Both the position numbers and the translations under genes were made by a program. Shown here one piece after another: positions 1 through 10,459 of a stretch of DNA of 24,000 nt. This stretch comes from Rhodospirillaceae bacterium SYSU D60007 (GTDB taxonomy: Bacteria > Pseudomonadota > Alphaproteobacteria > Reyranellales > Reyranellaceae), in contig QOCQ01000005.1 of assembly GCA_003574685.1 (NCBI GenBank), positions 136,127 through 160,126 of the forward strand, written 5' to 3'. Position 1 is the stretch's first letter. Every line of letters starts with the position of its first letter. The notes under the pieces were generated by a model. The model saw nothing but the letters and a program-made list of their open reading frames with translations, did no database searches and was not told the origin of the DNA.

Positions 1-1
1 G

Positions 2-235
2 TCGGGCGAGGCTGTTTCTGACGCAGTCATCTTCGCGACCCGGCTCGACATGGCGCCGGACGGCATGCCGACCATGACGGCGCCACTCGACGCACTGCCC
101 TCGACCGAGCCGGGCGTCTACAGGTTCAAGACGAAGCTCACGATGGCCGGCGCCTGGCGCCTGTCGCTCGCCGCCAAGGTCCAGGGCGAGAGCGGTACGC
201 TCGAAAGCAGACTGATCCTGAAGGCCGTGCCATGA
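2..235 (+). CDS. 3' fragment of a FixH/YtkA-like periplasmic domain protein; the 5' end lies outside the window
   Basis: The frame is open from nt 2 (..SGEAVSDAVIFATRLDMAPDGMPTM..GVYRFKTKLTMAGAWRLSLAAKV..). Its TGA overlaps the ATG of the next gene (ATGA at 232-235). It sits directly upstream of a CusB-like adaptor, as FixH/YtkA-type proteins often do. The family call is from recall only. Confidence 0.45.
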   Translation, partial: SGEAVSDAVIFATRLDMAPDGMPTMTAPLDALPSTEPGVYRFKTKLTMAGAWRLSLAAKVQGESGTLESRLILKAVP

Positions 236-1650
236 AGCGCGCAGCCGTTGCGGGTCTTGTGCTCGCGGCCCTCGCTGCCGCAGCAGGCGGCGGCTATTGG
301 GCGGGGCTTTCCGGCATTGCGGCGCCGGACTCCGGCATGCGGACGGCCAACTCCGCGCAGCCCGGAAGCGGCCAGCAAGGCGCCCGCGGCCCCGTCATCT
401 ACTACAGGGATCCGGATGGCCGACCGATTTATTCCGCACAGCCGCGCCGAACAGCGGACGGCCGGCCGTTCCGGGCTGTCCACGCCAGCGAGGATGTGAG
501 TTTCGAGGACAAGCCTGCGGTGGACGCCGGAGCCGGGTCCTCGCCCCGCGGCCGCATTCTCTACTACCGCCATCCCATGGGACTGCCGGACACGTCGCCG
601 GTGCCGAAGAAGGACTCCATGGGGATGGACTACATCCCCGTATACGAAGGCGAGGGAAGCGACGACAGCATCGTGAAGGTCGCCCCCGGCCGCCTGCAGC
701 AGACCGGCGTTCGCTCCGAGCCCGCCCGCCGCCGCAGTGTCAGCCGCCTCGTGCGCGTCCCCGGCACTGTCCAGCTCGACGAGCGCCGGGTTTCGGTGGT
801 CGCCATGCGCACCGACGCCTTCATCGACGAGGTAGCCAACGTCACGACCGGCGACCGAGTGACTAAGGGCCAGCCGCTCTTTCGGCTCTACGCGCCGGAG
901 ATTGCAGCGGCCGGCGCACAGTTCCTCACCGATCTCAACAACGCTGCCCAGGGCATTCCCACCGGGGGTGCCCGTCAGCGCCTCGAAAATCTTGGACTCT
1001 CGCCAGAGCTCATTGCCGGTATCGAACGGGCCCGCAAGGTGCCGCTGTCAATGACATGGCGGGCGCCACGGGATGGCGTTGTCCTGGAACGCAATGTCGT
1101 TGACGGCATGAAGGCAGCAGCCGGCGACATTCTCTTCCGCCTCGCCGATATATCGACGATCTGGGTGCTGGCCGACGTCCCGGAGTTCGATCTGGGATCG
1201 ATCCGGATCGGCGCGCCGGCAACCATTCGCGTGCGCAGCCTTCCGGATCAGAGCTTCGCAGGACACATCGCGCTGATCTATCCGCAGGTCAGCGAGACGA
1301 CGCGAACGACCAGGGTGCGGATCGAACTTCCGAACCCGTACGGCGCCTTGCTGCCGAACATGTATGCCGACGTGGAGATCGGGACCGGCACTGGCGATCC
1401 CGTGCTCGCTGTGCCGGACAGCGCCGTCATCGAGACCGGCACGAAGCAGATCGTCATCCTCGATCTTGGTGAAGGACGCTTCGAGCCGCGCGCCGTCCAG
1501 CTCGGCATGCGGGGCGACGGATATACAGAGGTTCGCGACGGGATCGCGGAGGGCGACCGCGTGGTCATCGCGGCAAACTTCCTCATCGATGCGGAGAGCA
1601 ATCTCAAGGCGGCGCTGCGCAGCCTCACCAGCCCCGGGGCGCAGCCATGA
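232..1650 (+). CDS. cusB: Heavy-metal (Cu/Ag type) efflux RND periplasmic adaptor, CusB-like
   Basis: 472 aa with an N-terminal signal/anchor (MKRAAVAGLVLAALAAAAGG). It has the adaptor heavy-metal-binding-domain motif ILYYRHPMGLPDTSPVPKKDSMGMDYIPVY and a membrane-fusion-protein body with a beta-barrel C-terminus. Both ends are ATGA-coupled (232 and 1647). Confidence 0.85.
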   Translation: MKRAAVAGLVLAALAAAAGGGYWAGLSGIAAPDSGMRTANSAQPGSGQQGARGPVIYYRDPDGRPIYSAQPRRTADGRPFRAVHASEDVSFEDKPAVDAGAGSSPRGRILYYRHPMGLPDTSPVPKKDSMGMDYIPVYEGEGSDDSIVKVAPGRLQQTGVRSEPARRRSVSRLVRVPGTVQLDERRVSVVAMRTDAFIDEVANVTTGDRVTKGQPLFRLYAPEIAAAGAQFLTDLNNAAQGIPTGGARQRLENLGLSPELIAGIERARKVPLSMTWRAPRDGVVLERNVVDGMKAAAGDILFRLADISTIWVLADVPEFDLGSIRIGAPATIRVRSLPDQSFAGHIALIYPQVSETTRTTRVRIELPNPYGALLPNMYADVEIGTGTGDPVLAVPDSAVIETGTKQIVILDLGEGRFEPRAVQLGMRGDGYTEVRDGIAEGDRVVIAANFLIDAESNLKAALRSLTSPGAQP

Positions 1651-4600
1651 TCGCACGCCTGATCGGGTGGTCCGCCCGCAATCTCGTCCTGGTCCTTGTC
1701 GGGACGACCCTCGCGATTGCGGCCGGGCTTTATGCACTGCGCACCCTGCCACTCGATGCCATCCCCGACCTCTCCGACGTCCAGGTCATTGTCTACACCG
1801 AATATCCGGGCCAGGCGCCGCAAGTGGTTGAGGACCAGGTCACCTATCCCCTCACCACCGCCATGCTGACCGTGCCGAAATCGAAGGTGGTGCGCGGCTT
1901 CTCTTTCTTCGGCGTGTCCTTCGTCTACGTAATCTTCGAGGATGGCACCGACCCCTACTGGGCCAGGAGCCGCGTCCTTGAATATTTGAGCGCCGCCGCC
2001 CGGCGATTGCCTGCCGGCGTAGTCCCTGGTCTTGGACCCGATGCAACCGGCGTCGGCTGGGTTTATCAATATGCGGTCATCGCCGAGCACATGACGCTGG
2101 CCGAACTGCGCTCGCTGCAGGACTGGGTGATCCGCTTCGCCGCGTCCAGGGCCGGCGGCGTCGCCGAAGTCGCCAGCGTCGGCGGCTTCGTCAGGCAATA
2201 CACGATCATTGCCGACCCCAGCCGGTTGCGCGCCCAGGGCATCTCGCTCGACCGGCTGCGCGAGGCGGTCCGCGCCAGCAATACCGATGTCGGTGGCGGC
2301 ACGCTGGAGCTGTCCGAGTTCGAGTTCATGGTGCGCGGCCACGGCTATCTGAAGAACGTCGCGGACATCGAGAACATTGTCCTCGCGACCGACAGAGGCG
2401 TGCCGCTCCGGCTGCGCGACGTCGCGCGTGTCGAGGTCGGCCCCGACGAGCGCCGCGGCATCGCAGAACTCAACGGCGAGGGCGAGGTGGCGAGCGGCAT
2501 CGTGCTGCAACGCTTCGGCGCCAATGCGCTGACCGTCATCGACAATGTAAAGCAGGCGCTGGCGGGGATCGCCTCCAGCTTGCCGGAGGGCGTTGAGATC
2601 GTACCGGTCTATGACCGTTCCGGGCTGATCGGACGGGCGATCGAGACACTGAAAAGCACGCTGGTCGAGGAAAGCCTCGTTGTTGCCCTGGTCTGCATCG
2701 TCTTCCTGCTGCATGTGCGCAGTGCGCTCGTCGCGATCCTGATGCTGCCCGTCGCCATCCTGATCGCCTTCGCCGCGATGAAGGCAATCGGTCTTGGCTC
2801 CAACATCATGAGCCTTGGCGGCATTGCGATCGCCGTCGGCGCCATGGTCGATGCCGCCATCGTCATGATCGAAAATGCCCACAAGCATCTTGAACGTGCG
2901 CCGGCCGACAAGCCGCGCATGGAGATTCTGGTCGTGGCGGCCAGCGAGGTCGGACCGGCGCTGTTCTTCAGCCTGCTCGTCATCACGGTTTCCTTCCTGC
3001 CGATCTTCACGCTGGAAGCGCAGGAGGGCCGCCTGTTCGGTCCGCTGGCCTTTACCAAGACATTCGCCATGGCGGCTGCGGCGCTGCTGTCGGTGACGCT
3101 GGTCCCCGCACTCATGGTGATCTTCGTGCGCGGCCGGATCATCGCGGAGCACCGCAACCCGATCAATCGCCTCCTCGTCTGGATCTATCGGCCGGTCATC
3201 CGCGCTGTTCTCCAGGCCAGGGTGCTGACCATCCTGCTCGCGCTCGTCGCGCTTGGGGCCACCGTGTGGCCGGCACGCCAGCTCGGCTCGGAGTTCATGC
3301 CGAATCTCGACGAGGGAACGCTGATGTATATGCCGACGACCCTGCCGGGTCTCTCGGTCACCAGGGCCGCCGAGCTCCTGCAGATGCAGGACCGGATCAT
3401 CAAGTCGTTTCCGGAGGTGGCTTCAGTCTATGGAAAGGCGGGCCGGGCGCTGACGGCCACCGATCCGGCGCCGATCGAGATGTTCGAGACGGTCATCAAT
3501 CTCAAGCCGAAAAGCGAATGGCGGCCCGGCGTCAGCGTCGAGAGCCTCAGGGCGGAAATGGACCGGGCACTGCAGTTCCCCGGCGTCTCGAACGCATGGA
3601 CCATGCCGATCCGCGCCCGCATCGACATGCTCGCCACCGGCATCCGTACGCCTGTCGGCGTCAAGGTGTTCGGCACCGACCTTGCTCAAATGGAGCGGAC
3701 GGCCCGGGAGATCGAACACGTACTGCGATCCGTGCCGGGAACCTCGAGCGCCTACGCCGAACGGGTGATCGGCGGTTACTACCTCGACATCGTGCCGGAC
3801 CGTGACGCGCTCGGCCGTTACGGCCTCGCCATCGGTGACGTCCAGGCCGTGGTCGCCACCGCGCTGGGCGGAGAAACGGTGACCACCACCGTCGAGGGCC
3901 GCGAGCGCTACAGCGTGGCGCTCCGCTATCCGCGCCACCTGCGCAGCGATCCGCAGGCGATCCGCCGGGACGTTCTGGTGGCATTGCCAGGCGGCGGAGC
4001 GGTGCCGCTCGGCGAGATCGCGAAGGTCGAACTCACCCGCGGCGCCACCTCGATCCGCACCGAAAACGGCCAGCTCGTCACCTACATCTTCGTGGACATC
4101 GCCGGCCGCGATCTCGGCGGCTACGTCGCCGAAGCCCGGCGAACCGTGGCGGATGCGGTGAAGCTGCCGCCCGGCACCTTCGTCTCGTGGAGCGGCCAGT
4201 TCGAATATCTCGAGCGTGCCGAAGCGCGCCTCGCCCTCGTCGTGCCGGTGACGCTGCTGATCATCTTCCTGCTGCTTTACCTCAATTTCCGTGCCCTGAC
4301 GGAGACGCTGATCGTGATGCTGTCGCTGCCGTTCGCGCTGGTCGGCGGGGTCTGGCTGATGTGGTGGCTGGGATTCAATCTCTCCGTGGCCGTGGCGGTC
4401 GGGTTCATTGCCCTCGCCGGGGTCGCTGCCGAGACCGGTGTCGTGATGCTGATCTATCTCGACCACGCCCTGAGGGAAGTGCGGGCCGAACGGGCTGCCG
4501 CAGGCCGTGCCTTCACCCGGTCCGACCTTTACGACGCCATCATGCGCGGTGCGGTGGAACGGGTGCGGCCGAAGATGATGACGGTCGTCGCGATCATGGC

Positions 4601-4814
4601 CGGTCTCGTGCCGATCCTGTGGAGCACAGGCACCGGCGCGGAGGTCATGCAACGCATCGCCGTGCCGATGATCGGCGGCATGCTGTCCTCCACGGTGCTG
4701 ACCCTCGTTGTCATTCCGGCGATCTATGCCCTGGTCAAGGGCCAGGGCCTGCCGCGCGAGGAGCTCGCCGTAGCCAGGGAATACGACCGCCAAGTAGCTG
4801 ATGCAGGACCCTGA
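1647..4814 (+). CDS. cusA: CusA/CzcA-family heavy-metal efflux RND pump
   Basis: 1055 aa with 12-TM RND architecture and two large periplasmic loops. Blocks typical of the HME family are present (GGIAIAVGAMVDAAIVMIEN, FFSLLVITVSFLPIF). Met-containing segments LMYMPTT, IEMFETV and AWTMPIRARIDMLATG fit the CusA three-Met Cu(I)/Ag(I) site. Confidence 0.93.
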   Translation: MIARLIGWSARNLVLVLVGTTLAIAAGLYALRTLPLDAIPDLSDVQVIVYTEYPGQAPQVVEDQVTYPLTTAMLTVPKSKVVRGFSFFGVSFVYVIFEDGTDPYWARSRVLEYLSAAARRLPAGVVPGLGPDATGVGWVYQYAVIAEHMTLAELRSLQDWVIRFAASRAGGVAEVASVGGFVRQYTIIADPSRLRAQGISLDRLREAVRASNTDVGGGTLELSEFEFMVRGHGYLKNVADIENIVLATDRGVPLRLRDVARVEVGPDERRGIAELNGEGEVASGIVLQRFGANALTVIDNVKQALAGIASSLPEGVEIVPVYDRSGLIGRAIETLKSTLVEESLVVALVCIVFLLHVRSALVAILMLPVAILIAFAAMKAIGLGSNIMSLGGIAIAVGAMVDAAIVMIENAHKHLERAPADKPRMEILVVAASEVGPALFFSLLVITVSFLPIFTLEAQEGRLFGPLAFTKTFAMAAAALLSVTLVPALMVIFVRGRIIAEHRNPINRLLVWIYRPVIRAVLQARVLTILLALVALGATVWPARQLGSEFMPNLDEGTLMYMPTTLPGLSVTRAAELLQMQDRIIKSFPEVASVYGKAGRALTATDPAPIEMFETVINLKPKSEWRPGVSVESLRAEMDRALQFPGVSNAWTMPIRARIDMLATGIRTPVGVKVFGTDLAQMERTAREIEHVLRSVPGTSSAYAERVIGGYYLDIVPDRDALGRYGLAIGDVQAVVATALGGETVTTTVEGRERYSVALRYPRHLRSDPQAIRRDVLVALPGGGAVPLGEIAKVELTRGATSIRTENGQLVTYIFVDIAGRDLGGYVAEARRTVADAVKLPPGTFVSWSGQFEYLERAEARLALVVPVTLLIIFLLLYLNFRALTETLIVMLSLPFALVGGVWLMWWLGFNLSVAVAVGFIALAGVAAETGVVMLIYLDHALREVRAERAAAGRAFTRSDLYDAIMRGAVERVRPKMMTVVAIMAGLVPILWSTGTGAEVMQRIAVPMIGGMLSSTVLTLVVIPAIYALVKGQGLPREELAVAREYDRQVADAGP

Positions 4815-4839
4815 CGTTCTGACCAGAAACCGATGGAGC

Positions 4840-5337
4840 ATGATCATGGCACCCAACCCGTTTCTATGCCGCCGGGCGTTGCTGGCGGGTGCAATGCACA
4901 CAGGCGTTGCGATCGCGCTGGCGCAGCCGTCATTCGCGGCCGACAAGCTTTCCCGGATCGTCGTGACCCGCGATCCCGCCTGTGGTTGCTGCGGGGCCTG
5001 GGTCGCGCATGTGCAGCAAGCCGGATTTCCAGTGGAGGTGATCGAGACGGGTGATCTCGCGCCGCTCAAGGGCAGGCTGGGGGTGCCTGAGGCACTCTTC
5101 GCCTGCCACACAGCCGAGGTCGAGGGCTACGCCATTGAGGGTCATGTGCCCGCCAGTACGATCAGGCGATTGCTCGTCCAGCGGCCGCAGGCCGCAGGCC
5201 TGGCCGTCGCCGGCATGCCTGTCGGTTCGCCGGGCATGGAAGTGCCGGGCGCGACGCCAGAAACCTACGAAGTCATTCTCTTCGGCCCGGGCCTGCGGCG
5301 CGTCTTTGCGCGTTACCGTGGGGCGCAGGAAGTCTGA
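4840..5337 (+). CDS. copG: DUF411 / CopG-like periplasmic metal-binding protein
   Basis: It carries the CxCC motif (DPACGCCGAW) and the CHTAEVEGYAIEGHVPASTIRRLL block typical of DUF411. The signal peptide has RRALLAG...AQPSFA-AD. The track ORF begins at 4801 inside cusA. ATG 4840 or 4846 is preferred because GGAG lies at 4835-4838. Confidence 0.75.
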   Translation: MIMAPNPFLCRRALLAGAMHTGVAIALAQPSFAADKLSRIVVTRDPACGCCGAWVAHVQQAGFPVEVIETGDLAPLKGRLGVPEALFACHTAEVEGYAIEGHVPASTIRRLLVQRPQAAGLAVAGMPVGSPGMEVPGATPETYEVILFGPGLRRVFARYRGAQEV

Positions 5338-5352
5338 CCTCCGCGACGCTGG

Positions 5353-6111
5353 TCAGGTGTGGAGGAAGCGGCGGGTATCGCCTTCCAACACCAGGCAGGT
5401 CAGGCGGCCGGAGGCATAGGCGCCGGTATCGATGTTGATGCGGTTAGCCCGCACTTCGGGCTGCCTGCAAATAGTGTGGCCATGAACGACGATTTTGCTG
5501 CCGTGGTCACGCGTGGACGACAGGAACTCGTCGCGGATCCAGAGCAGATCCTGTCGCCGCTGCTGCTCCAGCGGTATGCCCGGACGCACGCCGGCATGCA
5601 CGAAAGCGTAGTCTCCCTCCACGTGCCAGAGCTTGCAGGCCTGCAGGAACGCGACATGCGCCGCGGGCACAGCCTCCAGCGCACGGCGGCGCATCTCCTC
5701 CACGTCGATTGGGTGGCCCGGCTGGCGGGTGACGGGCACCTCATACGAATACAGGGTCTCCAGGCCGCCGTAGCGGAACCAGTCAAAGGCGACCGGCTCA
5801 CCGGCCAGGAAGTCGAGGAACGCCTCCTCGTGATTGCCCAGCAGGTGGACCGTCTCGAACGGCTCCGGCGGCGGCGCCAGCAGGCGCTCGATCACCTGCC
5901 GCGAGGCAAGGCCCCTGTCGACGTAGTCGCCAACATAGAGCAGCACCCGGCGCATGCCCGCCGCGGCCGAGGCGGCGTCGCGCAGGATCGCCTGCAGGAG
6001 ACGCTCGAGCAGGTCGTCCCGGCCATGGATATCGCCGATGGCATAGAGCCGCGTGCCGTCGGGCACACGCGCGACGGGTGTGGCCTGTGTCTTTGTGCGC
6101 CAGCCGAGCAT
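5353..6111 (-). CDS. PPP-family metallophosphoesterase (PrpA/ApaH-like Ser/Thr phosphatase)
   Basis: Motifs GDIHG, GDYVDRG, GNHE and VHGHT occur in canonical order. The track ORF start at 6138 is a TTG. The first ATG is at 6111 (MLGWRTK...). Confidence 0.8.
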   Translation of the reverse strand: MLGWRTKTQATPVARVPDGTRLYAIGDIHGRDDLLERLLQAILRDAASAAAGMRRVLLYVGDYVDRGLASRQVIERLLAPPPEPFETVHLLGNHEEAFLDFLAGEPVAFDWFRYGGLETLYSYEVPVTRQPGHPIDVEEMRRRALEAVPAAHVAFLQACKLWHVEGDYAFVHAGVRPGIPLEQQRRQDLLWIRDEFLSSTRDHGSKIVVHGHTICRQPEVRANRINIDTGAYASGRLTCLVLEGDTRRFLHT

Positions 6112-6141
6112 CCGTTGCTGCGCTCCATAGCGCAGCAACGG
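6112..6141 (-). other. Perfect 13-bp stem / 4-nt loop hairpin abutting the phosphatase ATG
   Basis: + strand ccgttgctgcgct (6112-6124), ccat, agcgcagcaacgg (6129-6141). The arms are exact reverse complements. It lies between the OMP stop (6157) and ATG 6111. Confidence 0.85.
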
Positions 6142-6156
6142 GCAGGATGTCAGCCT

Positions 6157-7440
6157 TTATAGCTGCACGCCGCCGCGCAGGCCGAAGACGTGCCGGCCAT
6201 AGTCGGCGCCGCCGATGTTCGAGGACCGGCTGATATACCGGTAGCTGGGCCCGAGATAGAAGTTCTCGGTGGGCTGATAGCGCACGCCGACGCTGAACCT
6301 CATGTAGTCGTCGTCGCGGCTGAAGGTACCGGGCACGCCGCGCGCCTTCTTGTAGTCAAGCATGCTGTAGCTGGCGCTGGCGGTCACCTTGATGTTGGGA
6401 CGGAAATCATAGTCCACATCGATGCCGAACACGGTCGACCAGTATCCCGTGAAAGGCAGCAGGATCGTCTCCTCGATCGTCCGCTTGACGTAGGGCCTGA
6501 CCACGACGGTCACCAGCGGGTTCCAGTATCCGGCCAGGCCGAAGATCGGGCCGCGGATCGTGCCCAGACGCGCATCGTCGTAGTCCTGCTCGCGATAGCC
6601 GGCGAAGAACTCGACCTGGGTGATGCCGCCGAAGTCGATCGTGGCGCCACCTACGACCTCCCAGCCGTTGGAGCTGCGCTCAAACCCGGCTCTATCCACC
6701 CGGCGGTCGTAGACGCGCTGGTTCAGGCCGCCCTGCACCCAGATCTCGTACCGTTCAATGAACTCGTACCCCAGCCGCAACGTCTCCGTGTACTCGATCC
6801 GGTCGCGGTCGCGGTTTGCAATCGTGCCCGGGGCGGCTCCCTTGTTGTTGATGTAGGTCAGGTCGTTGATCAGGCCTTCTGCCCGCACGCTGAACCGGTT
6901 GAACTTCTGGTAATAGCCCAGCTTGCCTTCCAGAAGGGTGTATTCATTAGGGGTCCGGAACGACGTCTCGGTCTCGGGCTCGCCGCGCTCGGTATGGAGC
7001 TTGCTGAATTGCAGGCCGCCGTAGACGTTCCAGTTGCGCTGGATATCGATCCGGCCGTCGAAGCCGGCGCGGATATCCTCATAGTTCTCGGAACCGTGGT
7101 CGGCGTACACCCCCGCCGTCGCCGACGCGAACAGGTTCAACATGTGGTTGTTCCAGTTCGAGCGCAGGTTCAGGGAAGGCCGGAAGACCGTGATCAGGTC
7201 GTCCTGCTCGCGGTTCTTGGTGGCAAAGATGTTCGTGTCGTAATACTCGGCGATTTCGAAGGCCGGATAGAGGCGGAACCCGCCGACCGGCAGCCCGATG
7301 GGCTCGTAGCTTTCGCCTTCCCGCGGTTCGGGCCGCGGCGGCCTCGGCTGGAACTGTGCCTGGGCCGTTTCGGCCCAGATGCCGACCGCAAGAGAGGAAG
7401 CGATCAGCGCTGCGACGCTGATCCTTGTCGTATTTGTCAT
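6157..7440 (-). CDS. Outer-membrane beta-barrel protein (BBP2/DUF2320-like by recall)
   Basis: 427 aa with a signal peptide ending AETAQA-QF and a Pro/Glu-rich linker. An amphipathic beta-strand pattern with aromatic girdle residues runs throughout (GGFRLYPAFEIAEYYDTNIF ...). The start is an ATG with GGGGA upstream. Confidence 0.7.
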   Translation of the reverse strand: MTNTTRISVAALIASSLAVGIWAETAQAQFQPRPPRPEPREGESYEPIGLPVGGFRLYPAFEIAEYYDTNIFATKNREQDDLITVFRPSLNLRSNWNNHMLNLFASATAGVYADHGSENYEDIRAGFDGRIDIQRNWNVYGGLQFSKLHTERGEPETETSFRTPNEYTLLEGKLGYYQKFNRFSVRAEGLINDLTYINNKGAAPGTIANRDRDRIEYTETLRLGYEFIERYEIWVQGGLNQRVYDRRVDRAGFERSSNGWEVVGGATIDFGGITQVEFFAGYREQDYDDARLGTIRGPIFGLAGYWNPLVTVVVRPYVKRTIEETILLPFTGYWSTVFGIDVDYDFRPNIKVTASASYSMLDYKKARGVPGTFSRDDDYMRFSVGVRYQPTENFYLGPSYRYISRSSNIGGADYGRHVFGLRGGVQL

Positions 7441-7541
7441 TGTGAATCCCCAAGACGCGACGAGTGAGCCACTAAAGTTGATGGGGCGCGATTGGGCGAG
7501 AATAGGGCAAACGAGACCGCCAGACCCCTCCTCCGGCCGTG

Positions 7542-7570
7542 ATCATACTGTGTATTTTGCCCGACACCAA
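7542..7570 (-). promoter_or_regulatory. Candidate sigma70-type promoter for the OMP gene
   Basis: The minus strand reads TTGGTG (7570-7565), a 17-nt spacer, then TATGAT (7547-7542). This is about 100 nt upstream of ATG 7440, in the least GC-rich part of the window. Confidence 0.25.
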
Positions 7571-7593
7571 TGGCCATAAAGACCTTGGAAGGT

Positions 7594-7627
7594 AAAGAAA
7601 AAGACCCGGCGCGGGATGCGCCGGGTC
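7594..7627 (-). terminator. Rho-independent terminator of clpB
   Basis: Perfect 10-bp GC stem gacccggcgc (7603-7612) / gcgccgggtc (7618-7627) with a 5-nt loop. On the minus strand it is followed by TTTTTCTTT (7602-7594). It lies 27 nt after the clpB stop. Confidence 0.75.
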
Positions 7628-7653
7628 TCTGTGGCCTGGGTGGAAGGGCGCCG

Positions 7654-10275
<2,622 letters not shown>

Positions 10276-10354
10276 ACCACGACACCCTTTCTCCAAAGCC
10301 CCCGTCAAGCGGCGGGCGATCGGGTGGACCCTCTGATGAGGCATCCACGATCCC

Positions 10355-10382
10355 ATATGGTGGTGCCTTGATCAGGAGCAAG
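10355..10382 (-). promoter_or_regulatory. Sigma32 (RpoH)-type heat-shock promoter of clpB
   Basis: The minus strand reads CTTGctc, 13 nt, CACCATAT, against the consensus CTTGAAA-N13-14-CCCCATNT. The -10 ends about 80 nt upstream of the clpB ATG. A 10-bp palindrome ccacgcgtgg (10386-10395) sits just upstream. Confidence 0.6.
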
Positions 10383-10404
10383 ACCCCACGCGTGGCATGG
10401 GCAC

Positions 10405-10434
10405 AGAATCAATCGGGCGGCCCGCAGGCCGCCC
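10405..10434 (-). terminator. Probable terminator of the DUF4167 gene
   Basis: Perfect 8-bp stem gggcggcc (10415-10422) / ggccgccc (10427-10434) with a 4-nt loop. On the minus strand it is followed by GATTGATT, a weak U tract. It lies 26 nt after the stop at 10460. Confidence 0.5.
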
Positions 10435-10459
10435 GTTGCTTGCCGATGCTCGGCGCGGC

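Noticed and set aside
1278-5111. Long minus-strand ORFs (624 aa at 1278-3152, 562 aa at 3423-5111, and others) opposite cusB/cusA
   Set aside because: They lie antisense to unambiguous CusB/CusA coding sequence and give low-complexity Arg/Asp/Gly/His-rich translations with no domain signatures.
5334-5356. A weak hairpin (ctgacc ... ggtcag, 11-nt loop) between the convergent copG-like and phosphatase stops
   Set aside because: It has only a 6-bp stem with a large loop, no U tract on either strand, and it overlaps both stop codons. That is too weak to call a terminator.
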